Shown here: piece after piece, positions 37,744 through 48,686 of the stretch
Layout of the letters: every line of letters begins with the position of its first letter
Numbering within the stretch: the first letter of the stretch is position 1
Source: Minisyncoccia bacterium
GTDB taxonomy: Bacteria > Patescibacteriota > Minisyncoccia > Phycocordibacterales > GWA1-40-21
Length of the DNA: 64,000 nt
Direction: 5' to 3'
NCBI GenBank assembly: GCA_049287185.1
Contig: JBAQFI010000012.1
Span: 54,659 to 118,658 of the forward strand
Position numbers and translations under genes: made by a program
The notes under the pieces: model-generated
What the model was told of the DNA's origin: nothing
What the model saw: the letters and a program-made list of their open reading frames with translations, nothing else
Database searches by the model: none

Positions 37744-38967
37744 ATGGATTCCTCAATTAAATTTAAAATAGAAAAAAAGTTGGGCGGAAAAATGGGACGA
37801 GCTGGAATAATTTCTACCCCACATGGCGTCATTGAAACGCCAGCTTTTGTGGTAGTGGGCACCAAAGCTACAGTTAAGTCCGTAAATCCTGATCAAGTGA
37901 AAGCCGCTGGTGCTCAAGTGGTATTATCAAACACCTATCATTTATATCTTCAACCAGGGGATGAAACCGTAAAAAAACTTGGCGGTCTAAACAAAATGAT
38001 GAATTGGGCGGGACCATCTATGACCGACTCTGGAGGTTTCCAAGTATTTTCTCTCGGTGCTGCTTACGGCAAGGGAATTTCTAAAGTCTTAAAGATTACC
38101 GATCCATCACTACTTATTCCTGAAAGATTTGATGACTCTGATGCACCAAGACTCGCTAACATCGGCGCTGATGGAGTTTCTTTTAAATCTCATCTTGATG
38201 GTTCGATGCATTACATTACTCCAGAAAAATCTATTCAGATTCAACATAATATTGGAGCGGATATAATTTTTGCTTTTGATGAGTGTACCTCACCAAATGA
38301 AGATTTACGTTATCAAGAAGAAGCTCTAGAGCGAACCCATCGCTGGGCCAAAAGAAGTTTGGAGGAACATATAAAATTAAACACTGAAAACAAGGTGGCG
38401 CTTTTCGGGATTGTTCAAGGTGGTAGGGAAGAAAGACTAAGAAAAGATTCGGCTAAAATTATTTCTGAAATGAAAGTAAACGGACAAGGTTTTGACGGAT
38501 ACGGCATTGGTGGTTCCTTTGCCAAAGAAGACATGTCTACCGCAGTAAAATGGGTCAATGAAATTTTACCAGAAGAAAAACCTCGGCATCTCCTGGGAAT
38601 TGGAGAGCCAGAAGATTTATTTATGGGTATTGAAAATGGTATTGATCTTTTTGATTGTGTCTTACCAACTAGACTTGGTAGAAATGGAACAATTTATACT
38701 AAAACAGGGAAGATACATATCACCAATACAACATACAGAGACGACACTTCACCAATAGAAGGTGATTGTGAATGCTACACTTGTAAAAATTATAGTAAAG
38801 GCTATTTGGCCCATCTTTTTCACGGTAAAGAAATGCTTGGTGGCACCCTAGCTTCAATTCATAACATTTATTTTATTGTTAATTTAGTGAAGAAAATCAG
38901 ACAAAGTATTATTGATGATACTTTTGTTGAATTCAAAGAGAGCTTCCTTAATAATTACGTTAAATAG
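37744..38967 (+). CDS. tgt: queuine tRNA-ribosyltransferase
   Basis: ETPAFVVVGTKATVK, DSGGFQVFSL, LFDCVLPTR, zinc site CECYTCKNYSKGYLAHL. ORF-track start 37690 is inside the repeat; start at MDSSIKF (37744). Confidence 0.85.
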   Translation: MDSSIKFKIEKKLGGKMGRAGIISTPHGVIETPAFVVVGTKATVKSVNPDQVKAAGAQVVLSNTYHLYLQPGDETVKKLGGLNKMMNWAGPSMTDSGGFQVFSLGAAYGKGISKVLKITDPSLLIPERFDDSDAPRLANIGADGVSFKSHLDGSMHYITPEKSIQIQHNIGADIIFAFDECTSPNEDLRYQEEALERTHRWAKRSLEEHIKLNTENKVALFGIVQGGREERLRKDSAKIISEMKVNGQGFDGYGIGGSFAKEDMSTAVKWVNEILPEEKPRHLLGIGEPEDLFMGIENGIDLFDCVLPTRLGRNGTIYTKTGKIHITNTTYRDDTSPIEGDCECYTCKNYSKGYLAHLFHGKEMLGGTLASIHNIYFIVNLVKKIRQSIIDDTFVEFKESFLNNYVK

Positions 38968-39036
38968 TATACTTGCTAACTCCTTGTTTTTGTAGTATAA
39001 TAGTTTTAGAAATAGAAACTTAAAAAGGAGTTTGTT

Positions 39037-39414
39037 ATGGCAAAATTGTCTGTAAGTAGTAACAAGGAATACATTTGTAACAATGTATTAATCATCATAA
39101 AAGAAGGTAACGAGCAAATTATTGATGAATCGATGAAGGATTTCATGGAAAAGTTTTTTGATGATAAAGCAGTTAATATTTACACAAAGAGAGCCTTTAT
39201 CTTCAGAGAAAAGTTCCAACTATCATTCAAGGATTTATCAAAGGCCTATTATGAACTTGGTGAAGAAATTAACTTCATCATTGCTGATGATGAAATTCCT
39301 GTCATGATTATGGAACAGGTTCAACGACATTTGATCAGAATTGGCTTTCGAAAAAAAATCTTAGTGAATTCACTTTCGGGAACCAACACCTGGAGTTACT
39401 TAGCTCTAGAATAG
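39037..39414 (+). CDS. hypothetical protein
   Basis: 125 aa, RBS aaaaggag; followed by two hairpins. Confidence 0.4.
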   Translation: MAKLSVSSNKEYICNNVLIIIKEGNEQIIDESMKDFMEKFFDDKAVNIYTKRAFIFREKFQLSFKDLSKAYYELGEEINFIIADDEIPVMIMEQVQRHLIRIGFRKKILVNSLSGTNTWSYLALE

Positions 39415-39512
39415 AAGCAGTTCAAAATAATAACAACCGGTATACATTAATTTGTGTACCGGTTTTAAAGTTAGAAAAATACCCCGATTGCTCGGGGTAG
39501 TTAAGGTTAAAT

Positions 39513-40103
39513 TCATTTTAAACTCTTGTAAAAAATACTTGGAAGGGTTGACTGACCGACATATTTTTCAATAATCGCGGTATTCTTGTAAATATAATTG
39601 AAGATGTTCTCGCGACTGGAAAAACCAACAATCTGAAGCTCTGAAGACAAATTTATGTGCATCGGTCCGATCAGTCTAGCCTTATTACCGAAAAAGAAGT
39701 TTCTGACCTCGTTTTCCATAATTCCAGCCTTTGACTTTGGTTGAAAATGCCAGCCAGCTTTGGTAATGTCATTAATTGAAATTTTTCTTGAAAGATTAAA
39801 TTTCTTAATCACAATTCCGTCGGCATACTTTGCATCTTCAATGACGCAACTAATAAAAAGATATGATATCTTACGCTTCATATTTCCCAGCAATATGCAG
39901 TAGTTGCCGGCTGGGAAAATGATGTTGTTAGATGTAACTGATGCTCTCTGTTTTTTGTCAGTCGCACTTGCGTTAACATAAATCACATTTGCACCCCCTG
40001 GCTTTTCTCCAGTAAATTTTGCTGCTGGGATTTCGCATACACTACTTTTTGAAAACAACTCATTTGTTGTAATTCTATAAAGTTTTTCTTTTTTCATAGT
40101 CAA
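39513..40103 (-). CDS. hypothetical protein
   Basis: 196 aa; no motif recognised. Confidence 0.35.
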   Translation of the reverse strand: MTMKKEKLYRITTNELFSKSSVCEIPAAKFTGEKPGGANVIYVNASATDKKQRASVTSNNIIFPAGNYCILLGNMKRKISYLFISCVIEDAKYADGIVIKKFNLSRKISINDITKAGWHFQPKSKAGIMENEVRNFFFGNKARLIGPMHINLSSELQIVGFSSRENIFNYIYKNTAIIEKYVGQSTLPSIFYKSLK

Positions 40104-40176
40104 AATCTCCTTTTTTCTTTAATTTTGTATATAGTACTTGCTTTTCTCTCCAGACTCTAACATAATCTTTAAAACG

Positions 40177-42384
40177 ATGTCAAAGAATACCTTTAAATTA
40201 GTTGATGGCTATAAACCAGCTGGCGATCAGCCGCAAGCGATTGCGTCTCTTTTGCGTGGAATAGAAAAAGGTGAAAGATATCAAACCTTGCTCGGTGTTA
40301 CAGGTTCTGGTAAGACATTTACTGCAGCCAATATTATTGCTCAGGTGCAAAAGCCAACCTTGGTTATTGCCCACAACAAAACCCTAGCCGCTCAGTTAGC
40401 TCAGGAATACAAGGAATTCTTTCCCAACAATGCCGTGCATTATTTTGTTTCCTATTATGACTACTATCAACCTGAGGCCTATATTGCCGTTACAGACACT
40501 TATATTGAAAAGGAGGCCATGATTAACGAGGAGATAGATCGCTTGCGCCACGCGTCCACCCAGGCCCTTCTGACACGTCAAGACGTTATAATTGTGGCTT
40601 CCGTGTCCTGTATTTATGGTTTAGGCTCTCCAACTGAATATAAAAAGGTTAACTTAAACATTAGTCGGGGCGATAGTTATACTCGAGCAGAAATGATTCG
40701 AAAACTCATTGAAATTCATTTTGAAAGAACTTCGGCAGACTTGGTGCCAGGAGCTTTCCGAGCCCTGGGTAATTCAGTGGAAATTATGCCAGTCAATGAC
40801 AGAATAATTTATCGTCTAGAATTTTCTGGTGATAAAATAGAAAAAATTACTAAACTTGATGCTATTACCAGAGGAATTATTGCCGAGGAGGAAGTGATGT
40901 TCTTGTTTCCAGCTAAACATTTTATCACTGACAAAGATAGTCAAGCCAAAGCTATTAAAAGTATTCAGAAAGAATTAGAAGAGCGTTTAGAAGAACTGAA
41001 AAAGGCTGGGAAAAATCTTGAAGCTGAAAGATTGAAACGCCGGACAAATTATGATTTAGCCTTGATTCGGGAGGTTGGCTATTGTAATGGTATTGAAAAC
41101 TACTCTAGACTTTTTTCTGACAGAAAAGCTGGCGAAGCCCCAGATACCTTATTGTCATATTTTCCACATAAAGCTGATGGTAGCGCTGATTTTCTAACTA
41201 TTATTGACGAGTCACATGTTACTGTGCCACAAATTAATGGTATGTATGCTGGGGACGCCTCTCGAAAAAATAATCTGATTGATTATGGTTTTCGTTTGCC
41301 AAGTGCTCGAGACAATCGGCCATTAAAATTTGCAGAGTTTGAAAAAAGTATTGGTCAGGTGATTTATACTTCGGCGACTCCAGGACCTTATGAACTAGAA
41401 GTTTCTAAAAATATTGTTGAACAAGTTATCCGTCCAACCGGTCTCATTGACCCACTTTTAGAAATTCGCGGTGTGGTGGAAAAGAAAGGAGAATATCCAG
41501 GGCAAGTCAAAGATTTCATTGCTGAAGCAGAAAAAGTTATTAAGGGTGGTGGCCGAGTTTTGGCAACAACTTTAACAAAAAAAATGGCCGAGGATTTGAG
41601 TGAATATTTAATTAAGAAAAATATTAAGACCAATTACCTACATAGCGATGTTAAAACGATGGACCGCATCCAAATTTTAACAGAATTTAGAAAAGGAAAG
41701 TTTGATTGTTTAGTCGGTGTAAACCTCTTGCGTGAAGGACTCGATCTACCGGAAGTAGAATTTATTGGCATTCTTGATGCCGACAAGGAAGGTTTTTTAC
41801 GTTCCCAAACCGCTCTAATTCAAACTATCGGTCGCGCTGCGCGCAACGTTAAAGGTAGAGTAATTTTATATGCAGACCAAATTACTGGTTCTATCGACCG
41901 GGCAGTTAAAGAAACTAACCGTCGCCGAGAAAAACAAGTAGCCTATAATACTGAACATAATATTACCCCAAAGACTATCATTAAAAATATTAAGGATATT
42001 ACCGAACACATGCAAAGTGACCACTCTAAAGCGGTCAGTGAGCTGCTGCGTTTAGATGCTAATATGTTGAATAAGAAGCCAAGAGTACTAATTAGACAAA
42101 AAGAAATTCAAATGGAAGCTGCCGTCAAGATGCTAGATTTTGAAACAGCAGCTATTTTGCGCGATGAAGTTTATGCTATTAGGCGAAAATTGGGTGAAGA
42201 CCCAGAATTTGGTCAGGTTAAGCGCTTAAAAGCTAAAAAGAAAAGGGAAGAAAGGCCAATGCCATACAAGCAGGAAGATCCAAAAGACAAAAACCTTAAG
42301 AAGTATTGGGGAAATAAGCTCAAAAATCAAAAATCAAAGCTACCCGTCCTGCCCATAAGCAGGGAAAAATTAAACTCAAAATAA
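40177..42384 (+). CDS. uvrB: excinuclease ABC subunit B with Lys-rich C-terminal tail
   Basis: KLVDGYKPAGDQPQAI, GVTGSGKTFT, helicase motifs, C-terminal UVR domain AAILRDEVYAIRRKL. Confidence 0.9.
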   Translation: MSKNTFKLVDGYKPAGDQPQAIASLLRGIEKGERYQTLLGVTGSGKTFTAANIIAQVQKPTLVIAHNKTLAAQLAQEYKEFFPNNAVHYFVSYYDYYQPEAYIAVTDTYIEKEAMINEEIDRLRHASTQALLTRQDVIIVASVSCIYGLGSPTEYKKVNLNISRGDSYTRAEMIRKLIEIHFERTSADLVPGAFRALGNSVEIMPVNDRIIYRLEFSGDKIEKITKLDAITRGIIAEEEVMFLFPAKHFITDKDSQAKAIKSIQKELEERLEELKKAGKNLEAERLKRRTNYDLALIREVGYCNGIENYSRLFSDRKAGEAPDTLLSYFPHKADGSADFLTIIDESHVTVPQINGMYAGDASRKNNLIDYGFRLPSARDNRPLKFAEFEKSIGQVIYTSATPGPYELEVSKNIVEQVIRPTGLIDPLLEIRGVVEKKGEYPGQVKDFIAEAEKVIKGGGRVLATTLTKKMAEDLSEYLIKKNIKTNYLHSDVKTMDRIQILTEFRKGKFDCLVGVNLLREGLDLPEVEFIGILDADKEGFLRSQTALIQTIGRAARNVKGRVILYADQITGSIDRAVKETNRRREKQVAYNTEHNITPKTIIKNIKDITEHMQSDHSKAVSELLRLDANMLNKKPRVLIRQKEIQMEAAVKMLDFETAAILRDEVYAIRRKLGEDPEFGQVKRLKAKKKREERPMPYKQEDPKDKNLKKYWGNKLKNQKSKLPVLPISREKLNSK

Positions 42385-42424
42385 TAAGGCAACAATTCTA
42401 TATTTAGTCCTAAATTTTGCTTTA

Positions 42425-42490
42425 CCTTTTGTACCACCAGGGCATTTCCATTTTTTACCACGGAGTACCGTGAAGAAAATTAGGTCAACT
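42425..42490. repeat. RS-like repeat variant
   Basis: accaccagggcatttccattttttaccacggagtaccgtgaagaaaattaggtc. Confidence 0.6.
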
Positions 42491-42529
42491 TTGAATTTTG
42501 AGTTAGTTATATGTTATAATATTTGTAAC

Positions 42530-43303
42530 ATGTTTGATTTTCTTTTTGGCAAAAATAGTAAAAATACTTCATCCGCTGACTGCCAAGGTAAAATGTCCGA
42601 AAAGGAACTATTTGATTTTATTTCTGTTTCCGCTCATCAATTAAAAACTCCACTCTCATCAATAAAATGGTCTTTGGAAACTCTGCAAAACGGTTCAATA
42701 AAGAATGATGAAGAAAAAAATGATTTATACAAAAAAATGTATGAAATTTCCGTTCATGCTATTCACCTTGTGGATGAAATGCTAAGTGCGTATAAATTGG
42801 AAACAAAAAGTATCGCCTTCGATTTTGAACCAGGTGATAATATTGCTGATATTTTGAATCAAGAAATTGAGGAAGTTCGCCCATCAGCTGAAAAGAAAAA
42901 TATTACTCTTGATGTAAAATTATACGGCGGTGTACCAACGGGTTTATATATTGATCATTCTAAAATCCAGGACGTTTTTCAGAATCTTTTGGAAAATGCT
43001 ATTCGCTATACCAAGGATAGTGGAAAGATATACATATCATACATTTTTGATAATAAAACTGCGGAATTTATGATATCGGACACAGGTATCGGTATTCCAG
43101 CCGAAAGTCAATCCAAAATTTTTACCAAGTTCTTCCGAGCACCAGGTAGTGAAAAAATGGAGAACAGAGGTAATGGCTTGGGACTATTTATTTCCAAAAG
43201 TATTGTTGAGGCACATGGTGGCAAAATTTGGTTTGAAAGTGAAGCCGGAAAGGGAACTACTTTTTTTGTAAGTTTGCCAATGGGTGAAAAGAAAAATAAA
43301 TAA
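42530..43303 (+). CDS. cytoplasmic sensor histidine kinase (HisKA + HATPase_c)
   Basis: H-box ISVSAHQLKTPLSSI; NLLENAIRYT, DTGIGIP, GNGLGLFISKSIVEAHGG. Start uncertain (42530 or 42593); TATAAT 9 nt before 42530. Confidence 0.75.
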   Translation: MFDFLFGKNSKNTSSADCQGKMSEKELFDFISVSAHQLKTPLSSIKWSLETLQNGSIKNDEEKNDLYKKMYEISVHAIHLVDEMLSAYKLETKSIAFDFEPGDNIADILNQEIEEVRPSAEKKNITLDVKLYGGVPTGLYIDHSKIQDVFQNLLENAIRYTKDSGKIYISYIFDNKTAEFMISDTGIGIPAESQSKIFTKFFRAPGSEKMENRGNGLGLFISKSIVEAHGGKIWFESEAGKGTTFFVSLPMGEKKNK

Positions 43304-43309
43304 TTATTT

Positions 43310-44278
43310 ATGCAAAAACTAAGAGTGGGAATAGTTAGAGGAGGGCCGAGTAGTGAATACGATGTCTCACTAAAGACTGGACAAACTGTTCTGCGTCATT
43401 TACCTGAAAAATATATTGCTTCTGATATTCTAATTGATAAGGCTGGAGATTGGTATAAAGATGGCTGGAAAACACCACCAGGTGAAATATTTCGCAATGT
43501 TGATGTAGTTTTTAACGCTCTACACGGAGAATATGGCGAGGATGGTAAAATACAGCAGTTAATGGATAGTTTTGGTGTCCCTTATACCGGTTCAAATGCT
43601 CTGGCTTCTGCTATTGGTATGAATAAGTCACAATCTAAAAATATTTTTAAACAAAACAAAATCAAGACACCCGCTCATCTTTTATTTAGAAAACATGAAG
43701 GCACAGCTCAAGAATTAGCCAAGTCAATATTTCGTCTACTGCCAATTCCTCTAATTGTTAAACCTGTTGACCGGGGTTCATCTGTTGGAGTATCTAAGGT
43801 AATGAGTTTCGCTGATTTAGCCCCAGCTCTAGAAAATGCCTTTTCTTTTTCTGATACTATTTTAGTTGAAGAATATATTAAAGGTAGGGAAGCCACCTGC
43901 GGAGTGATTGATAATTATCGCGATCAGAGTGTCTATCCATTATTACCAATTGAAATTATTCCGTCCAAAAATTCTTTTTTTGATTATAAAGCAAAATATG
44001 GTGGTGAAACTCAAGAAGTTTGTCCTGGTAACTTTTCTAAGGAAGAAAAGAAGGTTTTACAGGATTTAGCGGTGGATGTTCATAAAGCTCTTGGTTTACG
44101 ACACTATTCCAGAACTGATTTTATTATTTCTCCAAAACGGGGAATCTATGTTTTAGAAGTAAATACTTTACCGGGTCTCACCGAACATTCCTTAATGCCA
44201 AAATCCTTGACCGCGATTGGTTCAAATTTGTCTCATTTTATTGACCATATTATTCAATTAGCAGTTAATAAAAGGTAA
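43310..44278 (+). CDS. ddl: D-alanine--D-alanine ligase
   Basis: VGIVRGGPSSEYDVSLKTG, HGEYGEDGKIQQLMD, EVNTLPGLTEHSLMPK. Confidence 0.85.
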   Translation: MQKLRVGIVRGGPSSEYDVSLKTGQTVLRHLPEKYIASDILIDKAGDWYKDGWKTPPGEIFRNVDVVFNALHGEYGEDGKIQQLMDSFGVPYTGSNALASAIGMNKSQSKNIFKQNKIKTPAHLLFRKHEGTAQELAKSIFRLLPIPLIVKPVDRGSSVGVSKVMSFADLAPALENAFSFSDTILVEEYIKGREATCGVIDNYRDQSVYPLLPIEIIPSKNSFFDYKAKYGGETQEVCPGNFSKEEKKVLQDLAVDVHKALGLRHYSRTDFIISPKRGIYVLEVNTLPGLTEHSLMPKSLTAIGSNLSHFIDHIIQLAVNKR

Positions 44279-44441
44279 TTTCTTAAGTCAAGAAAATATA
44301 AATTTTTCTATATAACTAATATTTCTCTGATATAAACTTGCTTACCCCATTTGTTAAGAGTATAATGGTAGCAAGGATGCCATTCGAGGCACTATCTATC
44401 TTTTGTTTATTAGCACTTTTTATTAACTATTTTTATTATAA

Positions 44442-47201
44442 ATGAAAAAAATCTTTTCGTATGTTTGCTTATTGGCGATAGCGTTTTTGTTTGTGGGAGT
44501 TTCTATTAATACTGCTCAAGCCGTAGCTCCTGGTGATGTTTTAATTAATGAGTTTAGACTTGATGGAACTCAATGGATTGAGCTTTTTAATACTACTGAT
44601 AGTGACATTAATTTAGCTTCTTCAACCTGGGAGCTCGTATCAACTGTATCTGGACCAGGATCAGCTACTTCAACATTGTCAGCTGGTTTAATCCCTGCCA
44701 ACGGATTATTAACTGTTGCTGCTAGTGGTCTTCCAACTACGGCACCGACTATGCTAGCCCTAAATGAAGGTGCGGTGAATATTTATACCATGTCCTATGG
44801 TACTCCAGCCTTCGGTGCCGAACCTCATTTTACTGGAAATTTACCTTCTGGTCAGTCTGCCGTTTTAACTGGTGGAACAACTTGGAGTGCCACTTCTACC
44901 GCTAATATAACTCGCGGCTGGTATAATGAATCACCCGCACCAACTATCACTAGTATTGTTTCTGATATAAATACTTCTAATGTGGCTACCAACATGAGTA
45001 CCTCCAGTGATAACACTGCGGTTACTGGTTTGTATTTTGAAAAAAGAACCACACTTGGTAACCCAGCTACAGCACTGGGTAGATTAACTTTTGCAGGACC
45101 CTTAAATCTTACAAACGCTTCAACCACTGCGCTTCTTCAAGACCTTGGTACAAAGATGGAGGCTGCTGCCGGTAGTTTGTCATTTGATGCTCGTACCGCC
45201 ACTGATCTAAGAAACGCTGGTGCTTCAATATCCATGTACAATGTAGAAAACATTGGATACGATATTGATGATTTAGACATTTCTGACCTAACCGTTGTGG
45301 ATGATTTAGGTGTAGAAATCGCAACTTCTTCAATTGATTACCCAAGTTTTTCTAGTATATCAACTAGTACTGATAACAGTGGAACATTTACATTTACCAC
45401 CAGTCACTTTACTGGGTTTGAATTTGATCCAATTGTAACTGAAGTAACTCCAGTTACAACACCAACTGCTTCAACTAGTCCATATTATACTTTTAGTTCA
45501 AATGTGGTCGGTACAGTTATCTATGGTGGAGATTGTGCTACTACCTCTGCTTCAACTACAGTCGGAAATAATATTGTTCAATTTGGACCATTGGCAACAT
45601 TTACCACTTATTCAAATTGTACCGTTAAAGTGATTGATGGAGCTGGAGCATCTACTACTTTAGCTGTTACACCATTTACAATTTCTACTCTTTCAGCAAA
45701 TCCAGCTGCCGTTGATTTGGGCACTGCTGGCAATTATGTTGTTTTAGCAAAATCAGGAATTACTACTACTGCCGGTAGCTCAATTACAGGAGATATAGGA
45801 GCTAGTCCGATTAGTGCGACTGCTATAACAGGATTTGATTTATCAATGCATTCTTCAAATACATATTCAACCTCAGCTCTCATAACTGGAAAAGTTTACG
45901 CTTCCAATTACACTTCTCCGACTCCGGATATTTTAACAACTGCCATAGGTGATATGGAAACTGCCTATACCGATGGAGCCGGAAGATCAGCTGATGTCAC
46001 AGAATTGGGGGCTGGAAACATCGGTGGAATGACTCTCACTCGTGGTGTTTATAACTGGACTACTGGAGTAACAATCCCTACCGACCTCACTCTTTCTGGT
46101 AGTGCTACAGATGTCTGGATTTTTCAAATCGCTGGAGATCTTGATATCAGTAGTGCCACCGATATTATTTTGAGTGGAGGAGCATTAGCAAAAAATATTT
46201 ATTGGGTAGTTGCTGGTCAGACATTCATCAATACCACAGCTGTATTCAATGGTAATATTATTTGTACTAATAGTTTAGGCCTTCATCTTTACACTGGTGC
46301 TACTTTAAACGGTAGAGCTTTATCAACATTCAATGTTACATTACAATCTAACATCGTTACTTTTCCGGCTGAAAGTTCTGCCAAAGATATCACCGCCTTT
46401 ACTGTTCCTGGTCAAGATGGTTCAACTACAATTAGTATAGCTAGTAGTACTGTGAATTTAACTGTTCCATTTGGAACAAATGTAACTGCTCTTGTACCAA
46501 CAATTACGATTACCGGTGCATCAGTTAGCCCGGCTTCTGGTATTGCCCACAACTTTACAGCTTCTAGTACCTATACCGTCACAGCTGATGATGCTTCAAC
46601 CCACGATTATACTGTTAAAGTTACAATTACTTCAGGTTTGACTGATGCTACAATCACTTCCGCAACTTACACAATAAACAATACTGATTCAACAATCACT
46701 AGTATTGCCAGAAACACATCGATGGCGTCCTTTTTAGCAGCTATAGCTACTTCAACTGGACAGAATTGGAATACCTCTGGTCTTTCAAGTACAATAAACA
46801 CAGGAGATACCTTAGTAGTTACTGCTCAAGACGGAGTAACAACAAAGACATATACCTTAACTGTTCGTACTTACAGTGGTAGTTCATCACATACTAGTAC
46901 TGAAACCCCTGCAACAACCACTACTACAACAACTACACCTTCCACCACAACTACAACTACCACTACATCTACTACCCACAGATTTAATACTGATCTAACT
47001 TTGGGTTCAACTGGAAACGATGTAGTAGAATTACAAAAAGCTTTGGTTGCAAAAGGACTACTTGTTATGCCAGCCGGAGTGTCAATGGGTTATTTTGGAA
47101 ATTTGACTAGATTAGCTCTAATTAATTATCAATTAGAAAATGGTATTACTCCAGCTGTCGGTTACTTTGGTCCATTAACTAGAACTAGTCTAAATAAATA
47201 A
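44442..47201 (+). CDS. secreted surface protein: signal peptide, lamin-tail domain, Thr/Ser-rich regions, ice-binding-like DUF3494 domain, poly-Thr linker, C-terminal peptidoglycan-binding domain
   Basis: SP MKKIFSYVCLLAIAFLFVGVSINTAQA; LTD PGDVLINEFRLDGTQWIELFNTTDSDINL; DUF3494 AVDLGTAGNYVVLAKSGITTTAGSSITGDIGASPISATAITGF...VWIFQIAGDL...NIYWVVAGQT; PGBD GNDVVELQKALVAKGLL...GYFGNLTRLAL. Confidence 0.7.
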   Translation: MKKIFSYVCLLAIAFLFVGVSINTAQAVAPGDVLINEFRLDGTQWIELFNTTDSDINLASSTWELVSTVSGPGSATSTLSAGLIPANGLLTVAASGLPTTAPTMLALNEGAVNIYTMSYGTPAFGAEPHFTGNLPSGQSAVLTGGTTWSATSTANITRGWYNESPAPTITSIVSDINTSNVATNMSTSSDNTAVTGLYFEKRTTLGNPATALGRLTFAGPLNLTNASTTALLQDLGTKMEAAAGSLSFDARTATDLRNAGASISMYNVENIGYDIDDLDISDLTVVDDLGVEIATSSIDYPSFSSISTSTDNSGTFTFTTSHFTGFEFDPIVTEVTPVTTPTASTSPYYTFSSNVVGTVIYGGDCATTSASTTVGNNIVQFGPLATFTTYSNCTVKVIDGAGASTTLAVTPFTISTLSANPAAVDLGTAGNYVVLAKSGITTTAGSSITGDIGASPISATAITGFDLSMHSSNTYSTSALITGKVYASNYTSPTPDILTTAIGDMETAYTDGAGRSADVTELGAGNIGGMTLTRGVYNWTTGVTIPTDLTLSGSATDVWIFQIAGDLDISSATDIILSGGALAKNIYWVVAGQTFINTTAVFNGNIICTNSLGLHLYTGATLNGRALSTFNVTLQSNIVTFPAESSAKDITAFTVPGQDGSTTISIASSTVNLTVPFGTNVTALVPTITITGASVSPASGIAHNFTASSTYTVTADDASTHDYTVKVTITSGLTDATITSATYTINNTDSTITSIARNTSMASFLAAIATSTGQNWNTSGLSSTINTGDTLVVTAQDGVTTKTYTLTVRTYSGSSSHTSTETPATTTTTTTTPSTTTTTTTTSTTHRFNTDLTLGSTGNDVVELQKALVAKGLLVMPAGVSMGYFGNLTRLALINYQLENGITPAVGYFGPLTRTSLNK

Positions 47202-47207
47202 TTAAAA

Positions 47208-47275
47208 AGTCATTCGCCAAAAAAGGCGAATGAAGTTAAAACAAAAACCATCTCAGTAAGGTGGTTTTTGTTTGC
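47208..47275 (+). terminator. tandem hairpins, second with U-tract
   Basis: gtcattcgcc-aaaaaa-ggcgaatga then aaaaacca-tctcagtaagg-tggtttttgtttg; a further hairpin aagaagagg-ggattgg-cctcttctt (47297-47321) serves the minus-strand gene. Confidence 0.6.
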
Positions 47276-47334
47276 TTAAAATTTGCATTAAAAAAGAAGA
47301 GGGGATTGGCCTCTTCTTAAAATCAAGTTTTCCT

Positions 47335-48450
47335 TTAGTTTGTTAACACCGGAAGGGGATCATATGGCACGTGCCCAAATGTGATTTCCTTCCGTGGCAA
47401 GCAGATGACCGCAAAACAGCGATCAGTATTTGCGTCTCCAGGGTTAATAGTTGTGACCAGCTGTCCTTCCACCAGTAGTGCTTCGCGAGTAAACCCGCAA
47501 AGTACAAACTGGGTTTCTGGATGCTTTCGGCGAATTTGCATGGCCATAGTGTCCATACCAACTTCACTGACAGTCATGAACTTCAGACCCAGATCAAGTT
47601 GAACGAAGAACCTATAGTTGTTTATGACAACCGTTGCTCCCTCATCCAAATCCTTTTCGGCAATAACCTTCCAGTTGCCTGGAATTGCCGATGACTTCGA
47701 AAGTTTATCATGATCCGCTTTCTGGTCTGCTCGAATAGCATAATAAACTGTGGAAAAATGGCTGAGTTCCTTTCGACCTATGTCTTCCAATGACAGATTA
47801 CCACAGTGAATTATATGCTGGACACCACGCTTATCAAATTCCTGGGCTAATTTCAGCCAAAAATTCTTGTCTTGATGGCTAACATCTAGACTGTCGGAAA
47901 TTACTCCAACACTAAATGTTGGTCTGTCATCTGGCATGGGTAGAACTCGGCTGAAAACCACTTGCTCGATGGCTGTATCAATTACAGCAAACTCATAACC
48001 CCAACCCAGTGCATCTTGCACAGCTCCAGGATTAATGAAACTGACTAAGTGACCTTGTTTGTAAGTTTGAAAATGCAGATGACCACCGAAGACCATCCGC
48101 AAACCATCAAACTTATGACGCAGGTCAGTTAGTATCTCATTAAATTTTTCTTCAGTCGCCTTGAGAAATTCAAGGTGTTTTTTATGTCCGATGTAAACTA
48201 CCGTTCCATCTGAAAGAGTATGAACTCTTTTTTCTGGAAAGGTAAATTTCCATTTGACAGGACAGCCATCATTAAATGCTGGATCACTGAGATTTTGACC
48301 ATCCACTAGGGCGCAAACCACAGGCAAGTCGCCAAATAGTTCGCTGGAGACATGTTTTGATTCAATGTCCCCACAGTGGACAATCATTTCTACCTCACGT
48401 TTTTTAAACTCCTTAATAATGTGAGGAATGGCATTTTTTTTTATCACCAT
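47335..48450 (-). CDS. tandem-domain metallophosphoesterase (YfcE/MJ0936-type)
   Basis: Two MPP motif sets: MIVHCGDIES and HIIHCGNLSLEDI, plus GHLH/GHKH His motifs. Confidence 0.65.
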   Translation of the reverse strand: MVIKKNAIPHIIKEFKKREVEMIVHCGDIESKHVSSELFGDLPVVCALVDGQNLSDPAFNDGCPVKWKFTFPEKRVHTLSDGTVVYIGHKKHLEFLKATEEKFNEILTDLRHKFDGLRMVFGGHLHFQTYKQGHLVSFINPGAVQDALGWGYEFAVIDTAIEQVVFSRVLPMPDDRPTFSVGVISDSLDVSHQDKNFWLKLAQEFDKRGVQHIIHCGNLSLEDIGRKELSHFSTVYYAIRADQKADHDKLSKSSAIPGNWKVIAEKDLDEGATVVINNYRFFVQLDLGLKFMTVSEVGMDTMAMQIRRKHPETQFVLCGFTREALLVEGQLVTTINPGDANTDRCFAVICLPRKEITFGHVPYDPLPVLTN

Positions 48451-48686
48451 GTGTGTCTGACATTACTCCAATAATCATAACTACCTCCCTTAGCCATATT
48501 TCAGGCCATTTTGTTAACTAATTTGTGACAAATAGCTTGGTACTCAAAAGAGTACGTTTCTAATAAAATACTATACCTCTACTTAACAAAAGTAAAGTAG
48601 AGTTTTGTCAAGTACTAATAGGAGTATCATACGCAATCATTTCTTTACCATTAGCTTATAGTATAAAAAATAATTATGTTTTTGAT